The translations under genes and the position numbers were made by a program. The notes under the pieces were generated by a model, which was not told where the DNA came from, did not search any database, and saw only the letters and a list, made by a program, of their open reading frames with translations. This document shows, piece by piece, positions 50,580-64,000 of a stretch of 64,000 nucleotides of DNA. This DNA is from Massalongia carnosa (Eukaryota): contig OZ287069.1 of assembly GCA_965645245.1 (NCBI GenBank), positions 2,666,001-2,730,000 of the forward strand. The letters run 5' to 3'. Position 1 is the first letter of the stretch. Each line of letters begins with the position of its first letter.

Positions 50580-52358
50580 TCATGATAATCTGCGGCGCTT
50601 GACGGGTATGAAGATATCAACGGGGGCCTTCTTCTTCGTCAGCAGCGGCCGAATACCACTAGCCGGTGCATGCAAATGCGGGCCTTTGGATGTTTGGAGT
50701 AGCTTAGAAGCACTGTTGGTGCTATCAACTGACGAAGGCATGCCATGAGTCAATCTCGTAGGTTTTCTTTGAGGAATGTCGCTCAATCGCATTGCGTAAT
50801 TGCTCGAAGGTGGTGTAGGAGATGAAACAGCAGGTTTTGGTTTTTTCTCCTCGCGTCTCCGTTCTAATTCCCATACGCTCATCGGAGTATGACGTAAAGG
50901 TCTGGATGAATCCAAATCCGCTGATGTGCTCCGAATAGAACCTGAGGAATCCATCGACAAGGTAGGAGTCACAGATCTGGCTGGGGTGGGAGTCGAAGGT
51001 CTGGCAGGAACAGTAGCCAGCGATGTGGCGGGAGCAGAAAGCGACGATTTTATTGACACTGTTAAGTTCAAGGATTCGGTTGAAACTAGATCTGACGCCA
51101 TGATCTGGGTAGACGTTGGCGATTCAGATAGGTCTACTTGCCTCCTCTTAGGCACATGAATACGCGTGGTGGGCGCTGGTCTGAGTTGACCAGGAATTAC
51201 TAACTCCGGTGCTGGAGCGGCACCGGATGATCTAGCTTGAGCAGGAAGAATGGATGATTCTTTCGGTTGACCGGAAGCCGAAGATCTAGGCTGAGTAGAA
51301 GTTACTGGTTTCGTTACTAGACCGGCAGCCGATGATCTGGCCTGGACAGGAAGAATGAATGATTTCTTTAGTGGAGCGGAAGCAGGTAGTCTGGTTTGAG
51401 CAGGAGTTAATGATTTTGCTTGTGTGGCTGGAGCAGAAGTTCTGCCTGGAACGGGAGCTAAAGATTTGGCTTGAGCCGGAAGTAGTAGTTCTGGGTGCTC
51501 TACTCGCTTCCTCTTGGGTGCAAAGACCGGCGGTGGCTTAACAGTGGGATCTATTAGTTGCCGCGGAACGGGTTGCTGATAATCGTAAATCATATTCTTT
51601 GGCGCAAACGGGATGACGGAAGAACGCTCGTTGAGTTTGTGCGTTGGGACAGCGAGGTGACTACCTTTACTGAAAAGGCTGAGTTCCTTGGCCTCGCGCC
51701 GAGATTTATCTATGACGCCTTTGCCCGTCAGGAGTTTGGTTTTGGATCCTGTCTGGAAGGTCAACTTCGGCTTGTCGTCGGCAACAAATTTTTTCGTTTT
51801 AGGATAAACGATGTTAGGATTTGAATATTTCATGCCGCCCATCTTGGGTAGCCGCGGCACATCGGCTGGAGACACGTGCTTGAGGCGATGCTTTTGGCTT
51901 TCGGATTTGATTCCATCCATCTGGGCTTTGAGTATTTTAGCATCGAGTTCGAGCTCTCTCAAGCTATCGCGATAAAGATTCCGGTAGATAAGGTACCAAT
52001 TCAATGGGTTTCGCGGTTCATGGGGTTTCTGCTCCCAGTTTGGAACATCCCTCTTGATGAATTCGAGCCAAATCTCACCATCATGGCCACGGATTTGAGG
52101 AGATGCTACTTCAATCTCTCTCTAGATGCAGTGATTAATACATCACTCACTTGAGCTCGAGGCCGAGGTACCTACCAGTTGGTAAGGGGTCTCAACCTTC
52201 AGAAGGAATGGTCGTGCAGTTTTATAAGGGATATCTCCAATGTCTGTAATGGCTGATAGGTCTTAGCTTCCAAGTGTTGCTCAACGACGTTTGCACTTAC
52301 AACTGATGTTCCTTATACAAGCTCGCTCGGCTAAGTAAAGAAGAGGAGGAACAGACAT
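50580..52358 (-). CDS. ELA1: Elongin A
   Basis: Spliced N-terminus MSVPPLLYLAERACIRNIS/ITDIGDIPYKTARPFLLKVETPYQL/REIEVASPQIRGHDGEIWLEFIKRDVP..NWYLIYRNL, then a long P/S/A-rich tail ending DIFIPVKRRRLS. Confidence 0.85.
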
Positions 52359-52898
52359 AATAAAGTAGCGCAGTGGTGTTGAGCCAGACACTGACGGCTA
52401 TCAATTTTTAAGAAATATCAGCAGCGATGCCTGTGCTGTATCTAACGATGATGGGAACTTAATATGAGAAGTCTTGAAGGTACGTAACGAGATTTAAGAG
52501 CGATGTATTTGTTGTACGAGTAGTTACATGTAACCAAAGACGATCAAGGTTGGATATGAGAAGTCTTGAAAGTATTTAGAGAAACAAGTTGGGAGAAGGA
52601 AGAATGAAACTAAAAGAAGACTTTGTAGAAGCTGGCTTAGTAGCGAGAGAAAACTCTGGGTTGAATATTGGTATTGTGGGAAGGGAAAAGATGTTATTCT
52701 TATTTAGTTTGTGTTGAAATCATGGGGGAATGATAAAGCAGATGTGTATGAATGGATATAAGTTCGAATCGAGACTAGCGCGAAATCCGCTTGGGTCAAC
52801 CAATGAAAACGTTTATCGGTTTTTGAATATAATCCTGTGTACCCCATCTATGATCTAGAAAATATCTTTCTTAAATATTGACGATACGCTGTACTATA

Positions 52899-54014
52899 AT
52901 GGGATCCTACGCGTTACTCGATCAAGCTGAAGAAGGTAATTTATTCATCATGAACCCCCCAGGAATTGCGCCCTAACGGTTACTAGATGCCCTCCACAAA
53001 TCCCGGCTCCTTAACGTCGAAGAACGGCCTTTCAGACGAATTACGAAGCGCCTTCTTACCTCCGATTCTCTCATCTCAACCCCGCCGACCCTACCCCCAA
53101 CACCACCACCCGATGGGTCCGCCGCCGACGAAGCAGCTGCCGCACATGTGATTAAAAAACAGCAGCAACTAGATCAACGCCGCCAATGGCGCGAAGATGC
53201 TCTTCTCGACTTCGCTGCTTTCGAGAGTAGTATCGTCCGTATCCAGTTCCTCCTTATGAGCAACATTCGAGAGCGAGAGCGGTACGCCGAGGAGAAGGTC
53301 AAGATTCAAGCAACCGCTCAAGCAGTGCGCGATAACACCGCCGATCTAAGGGTGCAGCTGGAGGAAACACAAAAGCAACTAGCGTTGCGAAAGGAGTACG
53401 ATGAGATGGCGGAGAAGATCACGAGCAATCGGTTGCTAAGACCGAGGGAGGATCAGCATGCAAATCTCGCGAAGGTCAACGCCGAGATCCATGAACTGGA
53501 GAGGGAGAGCCAGTTGTACGCGCAAACATGGGCGGAGAGGAGACAGCAGTTTGGGAAGATCATCGAGGAGGGGATGCAATTACGGCGGCTGATCAGGGAC
53601 GAGAAGGAGGAGGTTGAACGGAGGGAGGGGATGATGGAAGATAGGGAGGATGTGGAAGAGGGTGAATCAGGAGATCAACCAGGGAGGAGCAGCGATATCG
53701 GTACACCCAGACATGTGGATGGTGGAGCAACGCCTGTGCACGCAAGTCAGGAGCCGGAAAGAGACACAGCCGGTGGCTTGTCGGTCGAACAGCACCCGAT
53801 CGCGCACGGAAAGTCGCCGTTGAGTAACTCTCAGGTATTAAGCGAAGGGAAGCTTGAGTCTCCGGAGGGCGAGGATGAAGACATGGCCGAAGATGGCGAG
53901 GTGTCGGGGGATAGCGATCTCTCTGCGGTGCTAGCCGAAGGTCTTATCGCAAAGGCGAAAAGGGAGCAAGGTGACAGCCAGACACGCGTTGCGGATGCGA
54001 TGGATACTTCATAG
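52899..54014 (+). CDS. THOC7: THO complex subunit 7 (Thoc7/Mft1-like)
   Basis: MGSYALLDQAEE/DALHKSRLLNVEERPFRRITKRLL...WREDALLDFAAFESSIVRIQFL..NIRERERY..LRKEYDEMAEKI. Intron 52936-52986. Confidence 0.85.
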
Positions 54015-54355
54015 TCATGTTTCCGCTACCGCAGAACCACTTCACATTGATCTAATCTTCCCAAGTCAGCAACGCAAAACATGACTCACATGAGCGCATG
54101 ACAAGACACGTACATGATAGCCCATTCAGCAACCCCCCATCCTCTTTCCTCTCAACCAAAGTCAAGAGTCAACCTCATTCCTTCTCTATCCTCCCACTCT
54201 GTCCAAAAGTCTCGCTCATCTCGACGTCAGTCCTCGGCTCATAAAAAAAAGCATAGAATCCCCCAATCGCTCGCAATAGCACCATCGCCGTCTACTCCTA
54301 AACCGCTCAAACACTACCGTTCCTCTCGACCAGAGCATCATCTCCACCCTCTCGG

Positions 54356-55082
54356 TCAAGAATCGTCTTTCGCGCCTGTACGACCATTTCCCGCACTTTC
54401 TCCACCTCCTCCTGATCCTGCCCCTCGTTGCTCGTCACCTACAACCGCCCAAGCATTAGCCTTACTCTGTTTCCTTAACCCCAACCCTAAGCCCCCCCCC
54501 GCCTCCCTCACAAAAAATTGCATTCAACCCTTCCCCTCCCTTCACCCAAAGACAGGGTCAAGGCCTCAGGTAGCGCTGATCAGTGGAGACGGAGAAAAAG
54601 GAATGACTCACCAAGAGCCCCTCTGCCTTTTCCACGGCCAATTGGAGTTTCTCGCCCAAGGGCTTGAACACAGCCTTGGTCTGCTCCAAGGCGTTTGCCT
54701 ATCGTCGAAAAATAAAACCGAGGGGGCAAAGCGTCAGCTCATCCATTTATTGAATGAAAGGTCTTATGTATAAACTTCCGTGTCTTCCATCTGAATACTT
54801 TCGAACCCCGCCTTTCCCCTTTCCCCCCCACACCAAACCTCGAACTATAACCATCCGAGAAAGAAAAAAACAAATGGGAAAACGAACCTCTTGCCTCTTT
54901 CTAAACTCCCGATTGCCCTCTAATTCCTCCTGTCCCTCTTCTGCCTCCAGCTCTCGTAGTCGGCGCTCTTGCATCTCCATCTCTCGCACATAGCTTCGCT
55001 GTTCCTTCACCAGGCGCTGAATAGCGTCGGCGGCGATTTTGAGGGCTGAGGGGGGTCCGGAGGGTCGGCGGGTGGTTGTCAT
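54356..55082 (-). CDS. RBL2: Tubulin-folding cofactor A
   Basis: PSALKIAADAIQRLVKEQRSYVRE..Q..R...GNREFRKRQE/ANALEQTKAVFKPL..KL..AVEKAEGLL/VTSNEG..EVEKVREMV. Two introns. Confidence 0.82.
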
Positions 55083-55501
55083 CGTATTTTGTAAAGGGGG
55101 GGGTTTCTTTAGTCCGTTTTTAGTATAGCGAGGGGTTGGGTAGAAAGGGAGGGGTGGAGTGGTCAAGGCGGCGTGGTAGGGTGCTCGGGATTCACAGTCG
55201 GACTTTTTGTTGAGACAAATTTGCAGGACTTATGTAGAATAATATGCGGATATTGTAGTATTGTATTGTGTAGTACATATGGTAAGATTTCGAAAAATGT
55301 GTATGTAAAAAAGACTGTAGTAACCCAGTATCTACTGCAGCCGTCCGTTGAATATGTACTAACGAATGCAACGAGGAGCATGTAACATCCGATTCTTTCC
55401 AAATCCCAGAAACCCCCCCCTTCGACGTAAACATCGGTTCTTCAAGAGCTTCCATTCTATAACGCCATTCTAACTTCTCCACCGATGCACATAGATCCTA
55501 C

Positions 55502-58309
55502 TCAGACGATGCCGTACACTCGCTTTGCGATGAAGAAGCACGAAACGCCGAACACCAGCAGGCCAGCAGTGACTAAGACATGAAGTTAGGACCCGGAATA
55601 GAGTATCTTAATAAGTGAGTCCTCTATCGCCACAGGGTAAACTCACTTGACCAAAACCAATATAGATTATGCACGTTTTGTCCTGGGACCAACACGTTCA
55701 TACCCCATATGCCCGTAATAATATTCATTGGCAACACGATGGTGCCAAGCACTGTCAGCTTTCCCAACACATCGGCCGTTTGTTCCTGGCGTTCATTCAT
55801 ACGAATATTGATCTGAGCTAGGTAGTTCGAGTGAGCCCGAGAGAGCAAACTGTTAGGCAGCGGGTCAGCACCATTACTATATTTAGGCTTAATAAGTGTC
55901 GGACATACGTTTCATAATGGCTCAGGTTACCAGTCATGGTTAATATATGGTCCTGGATATCTCCCAGATATAAGCCAATTTCGCTCCTTGGCGCTATCTC
56001 CCATTGCTCGTTGCAACGCTTTGCGAAGCCCTTGATGACGTCCGCTTTGTTGCCTAGGAGCCTATACAAACCCATGACTTTCTTCCTTCCTTCGCCTACA
56101 CGCCGGAGCATATCGACCCCCGAGCCTCCAGACGTCTGCTCGCCAGCCTCAGATCGAGGTTCGTGGGCTTTGGATGCTTTCCCTTTCTCATTTCCGTATT
56201 CTTCTTTGTCACTTGAGTGAAGCTGGAGGATGGCATCGTCGATGTCATCCACCTCCTCCTCGATCGATTGAATAAGAGGAGCGAATACGTCAGTGATGTC
56301 ATCAATAATTGCATAAGAAATCCAATCCGAGCTAAGTATAAGGTAGTCCTTGAGCTGTCGAATTCGCCGTCGTACGTTTGCAGGATGTGGCGTCATGGAG
56401 AAATGGAAGCTGATCACACCTTCTCGAAATACCACAACATACATGTTGACAGGTTCTAAGTATTCTTCGCTGTTCATGTCTTGCTCGAATGTCCGGTAAT
56501 TGACGAGATAATAATTTCGGAAAAGCTCCACCTTCTCACGAGCTTCTTGCATCATAATATCTTCAGCTGTGAGAGGATGGATCCCAAATGTCTTCGATAT
56601 AACACGCATCTCGGCATCTGTAGGGGATAACACATCAAGCCAAAAAGTAGGTCGTGATCCATATCGTTTTGACTTTTTTTTCTGATGACCGATAGATTGC
56701 AGCGGTGTGGGCTCTCCTGATTGATCTGTAGATTGATCCTTTGGGGACATTAACTTCAATTCCCCTGAATGCCTTGTACTTAACCTAGATTGGTTGTTTG
56801 GGCTCAGCTGCTGTCTGTCATTGTAGTTGCTTTGATGACTAATAAGATCTTCATCAGACGACTCGTCACTCAACTCTGGAGGGTCAGGAACAAAGAGGTC
56901 CCTAAAGTTCTGACCAGGTTGTAGAAGCTCAGATATCGTCTGACTATGTATCGTGCTCGGAAATTCTTCGTTAAAGTAGGTAAACCTATATGGTGCATCT
57001 TCTTCGCTTCGATGCCATCCATTCTTTTGGGGTCGTAATCTTCCCCCTACGAGAACTGGCTCGTTGGATTTCTTGGCTCCAATACGCTCGCTACGCTCCT
57101 CTTTTTCTTCTCGGCTCCACTCATCGAGCGCTGAAAGATCTGGCCACTGTCTATACCTTCTCCTTCGGGGCTCCTGCTCACCATTCGCTCCCTGATTTTG
57201 AGCCATGTAATCCTCCTCTGCGATTTCTGACATCCCTGCCACAGGAAAGCAAACGTCTTCTTCGGCAGAAAGAGCAACGGTACGCCTCCTCTCATTAGAA
57301 TCCTTCCGTCCTATGGGCATAGGAGAGGTAGACTGATTCATAGCGTCTCCATCAATGTCAACAAACTGATCTCTAAGTATTGGCGCTGTAGTCCGCCGGT
57401 CCCCTGGAGACATAGGGCCAAACGAAGCAGATACCATAACATCATCATACCCCATGTTAGGACCAAGTTTTGGGCTATTTGGCACTGAGGGTGGATTGTT
57501 GACATCATGAGCTAACTGCGGATTCGATGAAGACGGTGGAGCGGGTAAACGTCTTCGCCGCTTACTTGACTCCGATGTGTTTGTCGAAGTCGGCCTGGGA
57601 GATTGATGGCTTCTTCCCCTTCCTTGGCCGGATAACAAGCCATAGTTGGAGCCAGCATCTTGTTGCACATTTGATAGCAGAGGCGTATAGTCATGGGTCA
57701 CTAAGTTGTCCCCTTCACTGTCACCTCCAGAGGAAGTATGAGCGCGGGTTTGTCGAGTCCGTCTATGTGCTGGGTCGTAGTTGCTATAAGTAGGTGCGTC
57801 ATAAGGTGTTTGCCTTGTTCGAGTACCAAAAGCGCTTTGAGTGATTCGGCTCTCGCGACGGGTACGCATCGGAGGATGATCTCTATTTGGCGATACATAG
57901 AAATTAGTAACTGTAAACCTGTCATTTCCCTCAATGTTCCTTGAGTTTACCTGTGGTCCAATAACGCTTCGCTATCTAAACTCGTCTCGCTCAAATTCAT
58001 CCCACCAGACTGACCAAGCCTATAAAGTGGTGGTCTTGCAGTGGACGGGAGATCATGAAGATTTTGACTCGACCTCATTACATCTCCATTCCCAGCCTCG
58101 TCTCTAGGTAGCACGAATGACTGCCTACGGTTCTTCTTCTTCTTCCCTGCACGATGATTTCGCCTTTTCTTTCCATCCGTGGACTGCTCCCCTTGGGCCC
58201 CTTGGGCTACTGTAATGGCATCGGAAGTGGATTGGGTGTTGATCAAAGCACCGGTAGGCCGCTGATTGCTGCTTGCCTTTGGAAGACTGCCTGAAGCCGA
58301 GGTTGCCAT
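55502..58309 (-). CDS. ALR1: CorA-family Mg2+ transporter (Alr1-like)
   Basis: TFWLDVLSPTDAEM..FGIHPLTAEDI..EAREKVELF, DWISYAIIDDITD, LYLGDIQDHI, LTVLGTIVLPMNIITGIWGMNV (GMN signature). About three introns. Confidence 0.9.
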
Positions 58310-59394
58310 TGTGTGTGCTGAGCTTCCTAGCAGAGTCAATGGCTAGCGCCAACGGTGCGCTTTATTTTTAGCTTGCCGTAACATTCGTCTCGTTTTTTAT
58401 TATCCATAATGTGGCAAATCGAAGCAAGAAGGTCCTCAAATCAAAATAGGTGGTTGAATGAATAGGTGTTATAAGGCAAATCTCTGGCAAATGGGTAGGA
58501 TAGGTATTTCCGCCATGTAGGTGCTCGGGCTTATATGATAGATAACTTTAAACCCATATCAAAAACTCAAATTCGGAGGAGCATGCGGCAATATTAATCG
58601 CCTTTCTAAAGCGACCGATTTCCATCGGCCTTAAGGCAAGATAGTAGTACAACTACTCTATATGGAAGTTAATATCCAATGTCGTTATCAGACTCTAGGC
58701 AATATGCATACAATGTATCACTCATGTGCTTCTTTGCTTTTTACTCATAGCTCCGTCGTAAAGGGAACCGTCATATGACATCATCGTTACAAAGATGCCG
58801 TGCTGAAACTCAACATTGACATCTTTGAGAGTTATAACCTAGAATCATTCAAGCTTATGTACCTAAATCTCTCACAGAACCTCAAAATTTGAATGCTGGC
58901 GGAACAGATTTGTGTGTAGAGTAACCATACGACGGATCTTTGATTACAGGCTTAGTGGGCACGCGGGGTAGTATTGTACCTCCCCACAATAGGAGCAGGT
59001 CACAATTGGGACCAGCTTATCTAGCTATAGTATAACTAAAGCTTCTGCTCACTTCATCAACCATCCTTTTACAACACCCATGATCCGGAGATTACCTTCA
59101 CAAATACCCTTTCACTCACGATAAACAAATAGCCAAATAACAATCTTACAGTTCTTTGTACCTTACTCACTGTTGCTCTCAAGTATCTAAATCCTCTTCG
59201 TATCAGGAACCCACAACCCGTCTTCCTCTCAGCTCAGAATCATAGCCGTCACTAATGGTTAGATAATTGAGTCCTCAATTGGTCTATCTTACATCATAGA
59301 TCTCCCTATTTGCGCTGGTGATTTCAACCACAATGACCGTGGCTCTTCTTAGCATCGTTTTCTTGGAGGTCGACGTCTTCCCACACCCTCGAGA

Positions 59395-60586
59395 ATGTCC
59401 CCTCCTATGTCTTGGAGCTCAAATGAACCATTATATCCGTGGCCTAACTCTCAATCACGAAATTTTACTCCTCCAGAGAGTCAGAAAGTGGAAAGTAACA
59501 CTCCGAGTACACAAGAAAGTATTCCATCATATGAGAAAATCGTCGCTTTGGCAACGAGTTGGGAAAAAAAACCCCGTCAAAGACCGATTTCAATGAAGGT
59601 TTCGTGCAAAGATTTCTACAAATTGATGGATCAGTTGAACTACTCCGAACGGGATCAAAAGTACATCACTTATTCCTTACTTAACTACCTAATTATCATG
59701 CTAATAATTCTAGATACCCGAGATACTTTTATAACTCTTCCACTTCAAAAATTTTTGTGGAATGTATGCCATCTCCACTTCATGAAAACTTTGATGTCGG
59801 TATTCAATGATAAATTTTTTGCAGCCAAGGCCACTTTGCCTTCTTTGGTTCAGTCAAAGATTGATTGTCGTGCGAACGAAGATACAAAAGGCTTTATGGG
59901 GCGGTATGCTAGGTCTACAAAAACTCCTGATCTAAAGATAAAATTCAAAGATGCAAATGGGAAAAGGCAAACTAAACTTGTTGTCGAGGTAGGATTTTCT
60001 GAAAGCTACGAGGCTTTGGTGGACGATGCGCGGCTTTGGCTAGAGGGAGTGCAGTCCGTGTCTTTGGTCATCTTGGCGAAGTATTCAGAGACGCCGTCAT
60101 ACCGGAGCCCTGTTCGGGATCTTAGTGATGAAAATATACAGCATCTAGGATTTCCTGCCGCTTCAGAGCTCTCCGAGAGCAGCTTCACCTTAGAAGGTGA
60201 GTACGGGCCAGCAACATATAAAGGGCTCGTGTGGGTAGGGCGCATCTATGAAGCTTTTTTAGAAGTATGGAAACGGAACCTAGAAACGGGACTGGCAGAG
60301 AGAGTGGGGGATCGGATCGTAAGTGTATCAATGCTAGATTCATTTATTTATGCTAAGGTTCCTTTTACAGGACCTCTGTTCGGATACTAAGCTGAGCCTG
60401 AAGCTCAGCGAGTTTCTTGACATTGATGACGTGAATGATACAGTAATCTCTATAAGCGCTAAAGAGTTGGCACCAATTATCAAAGATGATATTCAGGGAT
60501 TAGCATACCTAAGATTGCAGGAGGAATTATTCAGCCTCTGAGGGAGAAGGACGACGACTATCAGCCTTCCTCAGAGGAGGAATAAA
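59395..60586 (+). pseudogene. Fungal Uma2-like PD-(D/E)xK nuclease-domain gene, apparently frameshifted
   Basis: STKTPDL...LVVEVGFSESYEALVDDARLWLEG. After intron 59661-59713 the frame YPRYFYNSS..VECMPSPLHE shifts at GAAAA (59784-59788). Intron 60319-60370. A second apparent shift near 60535 precedes EKDDDYQPSSEEE*. Confidence 0.65.
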
Positions 60587-60712
60587 TACAGGCTTTGCAC
60601 TTATACTGTGTTCTAAGGACAACCAGCGCTATGAACATTAAAGAAGATTACCAGGTCATTATTGCTACGAAAAGACGATTCAAAGTATTCAAGCCAAAGG
60701 ATCACCAAAAGT

Positions 60713-61570
60713 TTATATTAGCTCGGCATTTCCATTCAACACGATGTCCCTAACTGCGCTCCATCTAATAACATAAATATCATCTTTTCTTAGCTGAAAC
60801 CCCATATCGGTACCTTCCACAAAAATAGGCCCATCAGTATTTCTTAGCGCCCGAAGAAATACTGCTTTATCCACATCTGGCTGTTCAATCATACTAATAC
60901 CACCGGCGGTGTCATCGAGCCGCTGTAAAGAGGTCGGGAATTGGCTAAGAAAAGAAGCGTAATAGTGTGCTTCTAGGAGCGACTGGTGTGTTATAGCGTA
61001 CTGGAGCTCTGATGAGGATAGACGCAAGCGCTGGGAGGCTGTTTTGAGGATATAGAGGGCGTGCTTATCGATCTAAAGGGAAGCCGTTAGACATCCCTAG
61101 CCGTGTGAGGAGCGTAAGCAGGTGCTTTGCCTTGGCGATTCTTGTGCGAAGAAAAGACCGGATTAGGAACTTGAATCTTTCAAGTTCTGTCTGGAGTATG
61201 ATGAGGCGAAAGTTTGTTTTGGGGTCTGGATTGCCGGTTTGTAGCTCGAGCAGTTCGATCTGTCAACCCCAAGTATACGGTGTTAGTTAGGTAGTAATTA
61301 ATGCATCCGAGTCGCGATTGTAAAACCTATCCAAACCCCAAATTTCCTCTTCTACCTACGACCTACAACCTACTACCTACTACAGAAAAACCTTACCTGG
61401 TGAGTGATCCTTGCCAGGACGCGATCCATCAACGACGCAGGCCATGGCAATATCTCGGGCGCGCTTCTTTCCGTGACCCAAGCGCTGGCGAGCTCTTGCA
61501 GATCCCGAGTTTTTTGAGCGACGGCCTGGCCATCACCACTTGCTTCGGCGAGAATATCGTCAATATCCAT
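60713..61570 (-). CDS. SLD5: GINS complex subunit Sld5
   Basis: [32 protein letters not shown]/..[71 protein letters not shown]. Confidence 0.92.
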
Positions 61571-62735
61571 CCATCCAACCTAAATTTCTGTCTCTTGTGC
61601 AAGCCTCAAGGTTTGATTGAGGAGTCAGGGTAGTAAATGATGGACGTTGATGTTCGCGTTATAACGTGACGCTCGGTTACTCCTATCAAGGGCCCAAGCC
61701 CTAATCGATAATGTGTTGGGATGAACTGGAGAGTGTGGCATGCAGGTAAAGTCCAAACATTGAGGATTTGGAAGGGCAAACAACTACGTTTGGCAATTTT
61801 CAAAATAGGAATTGTAGGATTATTCATATTACAGTTGCAATGATTCAGGTATTCGTTGAAGATTTTCTCTTTTTTTCAGGCTATTTTATCAAACATAGAG
61901 ACAAAGTTTCGGATTAGTAGGGAAAGCTCGGTTCAAAGGACACCAGTATTCTCCCTCACAAGGATGATGCTCGTTGCCTCAAGGTATCAACCTAAAGTGA
62001 TAGCTTACAGCATCGCAACTGAAGGACTAAAGAAGAGGGTTGTAGAAGAAGAAACAAAGCTCCATACGAGAAAACCATAGGACAACTGAAGTCAGCTGGA
62101 CTAACAGGGTCTTCAGGTTGCTAGAGATGTGCGAGAATCTTTGCCAAGCCTAAATCGTGGCGGACATAGACACCAAGGTCCACAGTGGACTTTAAGGTGA
62201 GGGATAAGCGGACTCAAAATGGAGTCATAGATAGGCAAGCCAATCCATGGCTAGTGACTCCATCAAAGAGGAGAGGGTTTCGAAGTTCGAAAGGGTGATG
62301 ACTCCAAATAATGGGAATATGAAGATAATGCAATGTAACGATAAGCTTGCCCAATTCCCTAAGGCAACCAACGGCATATGAGAAGATCTATGCCCCAAGT
62401 ATTGGGGTAATCGAGGCAAATTGGGAATTGACAAGCCACCGGGGCAAATTTTTATGCAAGATTTGACCGGGAACTGTGGTGCCCCCAGGCCAGTAGATTA
62501 GCGTCGAGATTGGACTCGAGCTGCCAACACCGTACGCGCATTCCAAAATCCCAAGAATCTTAAGGCTTGACAAGCTCTTTGATGGAGCCCAGATTGAGGA
62601 TGTTTAGCAGAGCAAATTCCAGAATCACCAGCAAAAGAAGCGGCAAAAGGTCCGTTGTACCGGGGAAGCAATCCCCCCTTAGGTTCATGCGATTTGGGTG
62701 AAGTCCATGAGGAGATTAAATATCAACCACCACGT

Positions 62736-64000
62736 TCAGTATGATGCCATACGCCTTGACGGTAGTCGCCTCGAGTCCAGATGCCGATCAATTGAAATAT
62801 CCATTCCCATCATTAAAGAGGAGCTGCACTGCCTGTTAGGAGCTGTGGGGCTGTCATCCATAGGCTGATTATGCTGCCCAAATGCAAATGTTTGCGCTCG
62901 GCTTAGCTTCGCGCGTTGTTGCTTGATCCTTCCTAGACCACGCTCGCAAGCATTGGCGTGTTCCTTTGCAGCCATGGCGACGTAATCCTGCGGGAAGCAG
63001 CGAAATCTATGATGCATGAAGAAACCATTGTAGCCGCCGTCGAGAATGTATACTTCGGGGTAAGTTAACGACGGATAACGATGAGCATTTGCAGCACGAT
63101 CCTTGTGACGGACAAATTTTGCCCTGCATAGATTGTTAGCAAGGTCCAAATGAACAAGATTTGAACCATTACATGATCGGGGCTCGATGAGCCGAATACT
63201 CGCAATGAAATATGAGCAAGGTCTTCTCAGCTTGTGGGGTCTCGAACAGCTGGTTGGCTAATTCGTCTTTATTATTGACATTGATAGCACCTTCAATATG
63301 ACCTCCTTTATACTCGTATTCAAAACGGCAATCTACTATGATTGAATGCTCAAAGCATTGATCATACTTACCATCTAGTACCTCGATTATGGTGTCCTTC
63401 GTGATTCGCGGTAAGCTCTCGTCCTCGGAGATGAAATGTGGAAGTTGTAATCGAGGTGCATCATCAGTGTCCATAATGGAATCCAGCACGCTCGTAGAGC
63501 TAATATTAACTTTCTCCTGCTTCAAAAAATCACCTGGGTTCTCAAACATGCTGAGCGAGCGTCGAAACTGTTTCCGGGGTCTCTGACTTGGCATAGACGG
63601 CTTTCTAACGTGTCCAACAATTGGGGATCCGCTGCTGCGGTGATGTCCGTTTATGCCGGAGAATGGCTGTTTCATCCTCGGGGGTCCCATGGTTAACGGT
63701 AATGATGAATTGGCGTTCTCCTGCGGCGGTGAAGAGGTAAAGCATTCGTCAGAAGACATCAAGGAAGGAGTGGGTAATGAAGGTCCATTCCCAAATTTAA
63801 AAGAGGGCAAAACGTTTTCTGCTCGTACATTCCTTAGAGGCGCTGATGCTGTTGAGCTTACCCTATTCCGTGAAAATGAGGGTCTCACTAGGGTTGATCG
63901 CTTGCGCCTAGAAGGAGAATTAACTTGCGTTCATGGCCCAAGCTTTCGTTCGCTTACTCAAAAAAAATGGGATGCCTGCCAGCTTCTTTTGAGATTTCCT
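62736..64000 (-). CDS. MIH1: M-phase inducer phosphatase Cdc25/Mih1/NimT (5' part lies beyond the window)
   Basis: [33 protein letters not shown] (HCX5R), [22 protein letters not shown]. Confidence 0.93.

Overview
Intron-containing genomic DNA from a filamentous ascomycete (Pezizomycotina-type GT-AG introns with CTAAC/CTGAC branch sites). About 20 mostly conserved genes were reconstructed by hand splicing: a Kch-type K+ transporter, EMP65/TAPT1, DUG2, Alb1-like, a cytochrome P450, TIM17, an Old Yellow Enzyme, a BTB protein, MAM3/CNNM, a ferritin-like protein, NEDD8/RUB1, Elongin A, THOC7, tubulin cofactor A, a CorA Mg2+ transporter, SLD5 and a partial CDC25/MIH1. Transposons are interspersed: a dead Fot1/pogo element carrying two nested LTR-retrotransposon insertions, a MITE, a 5'-truncated LINE and an intact Tc1-like DD37E element. 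The three most unusual signals are: (1) the Tc1-like element is flanked by a 5-bp direct repeat (GCAAT) instead of the canonical TA; (2) the Fot1 relic is mutated mainly in a CpC context rather than the classical RIP CpA context; (3) an unrecognised membrane-anchored coiled-coil gene with repeated HxCDHSxC motifs lies between two different tandem-repeat arrays. Family assignments come from motif recognition only, with no database search, and exon boundaries were inferred by eye.
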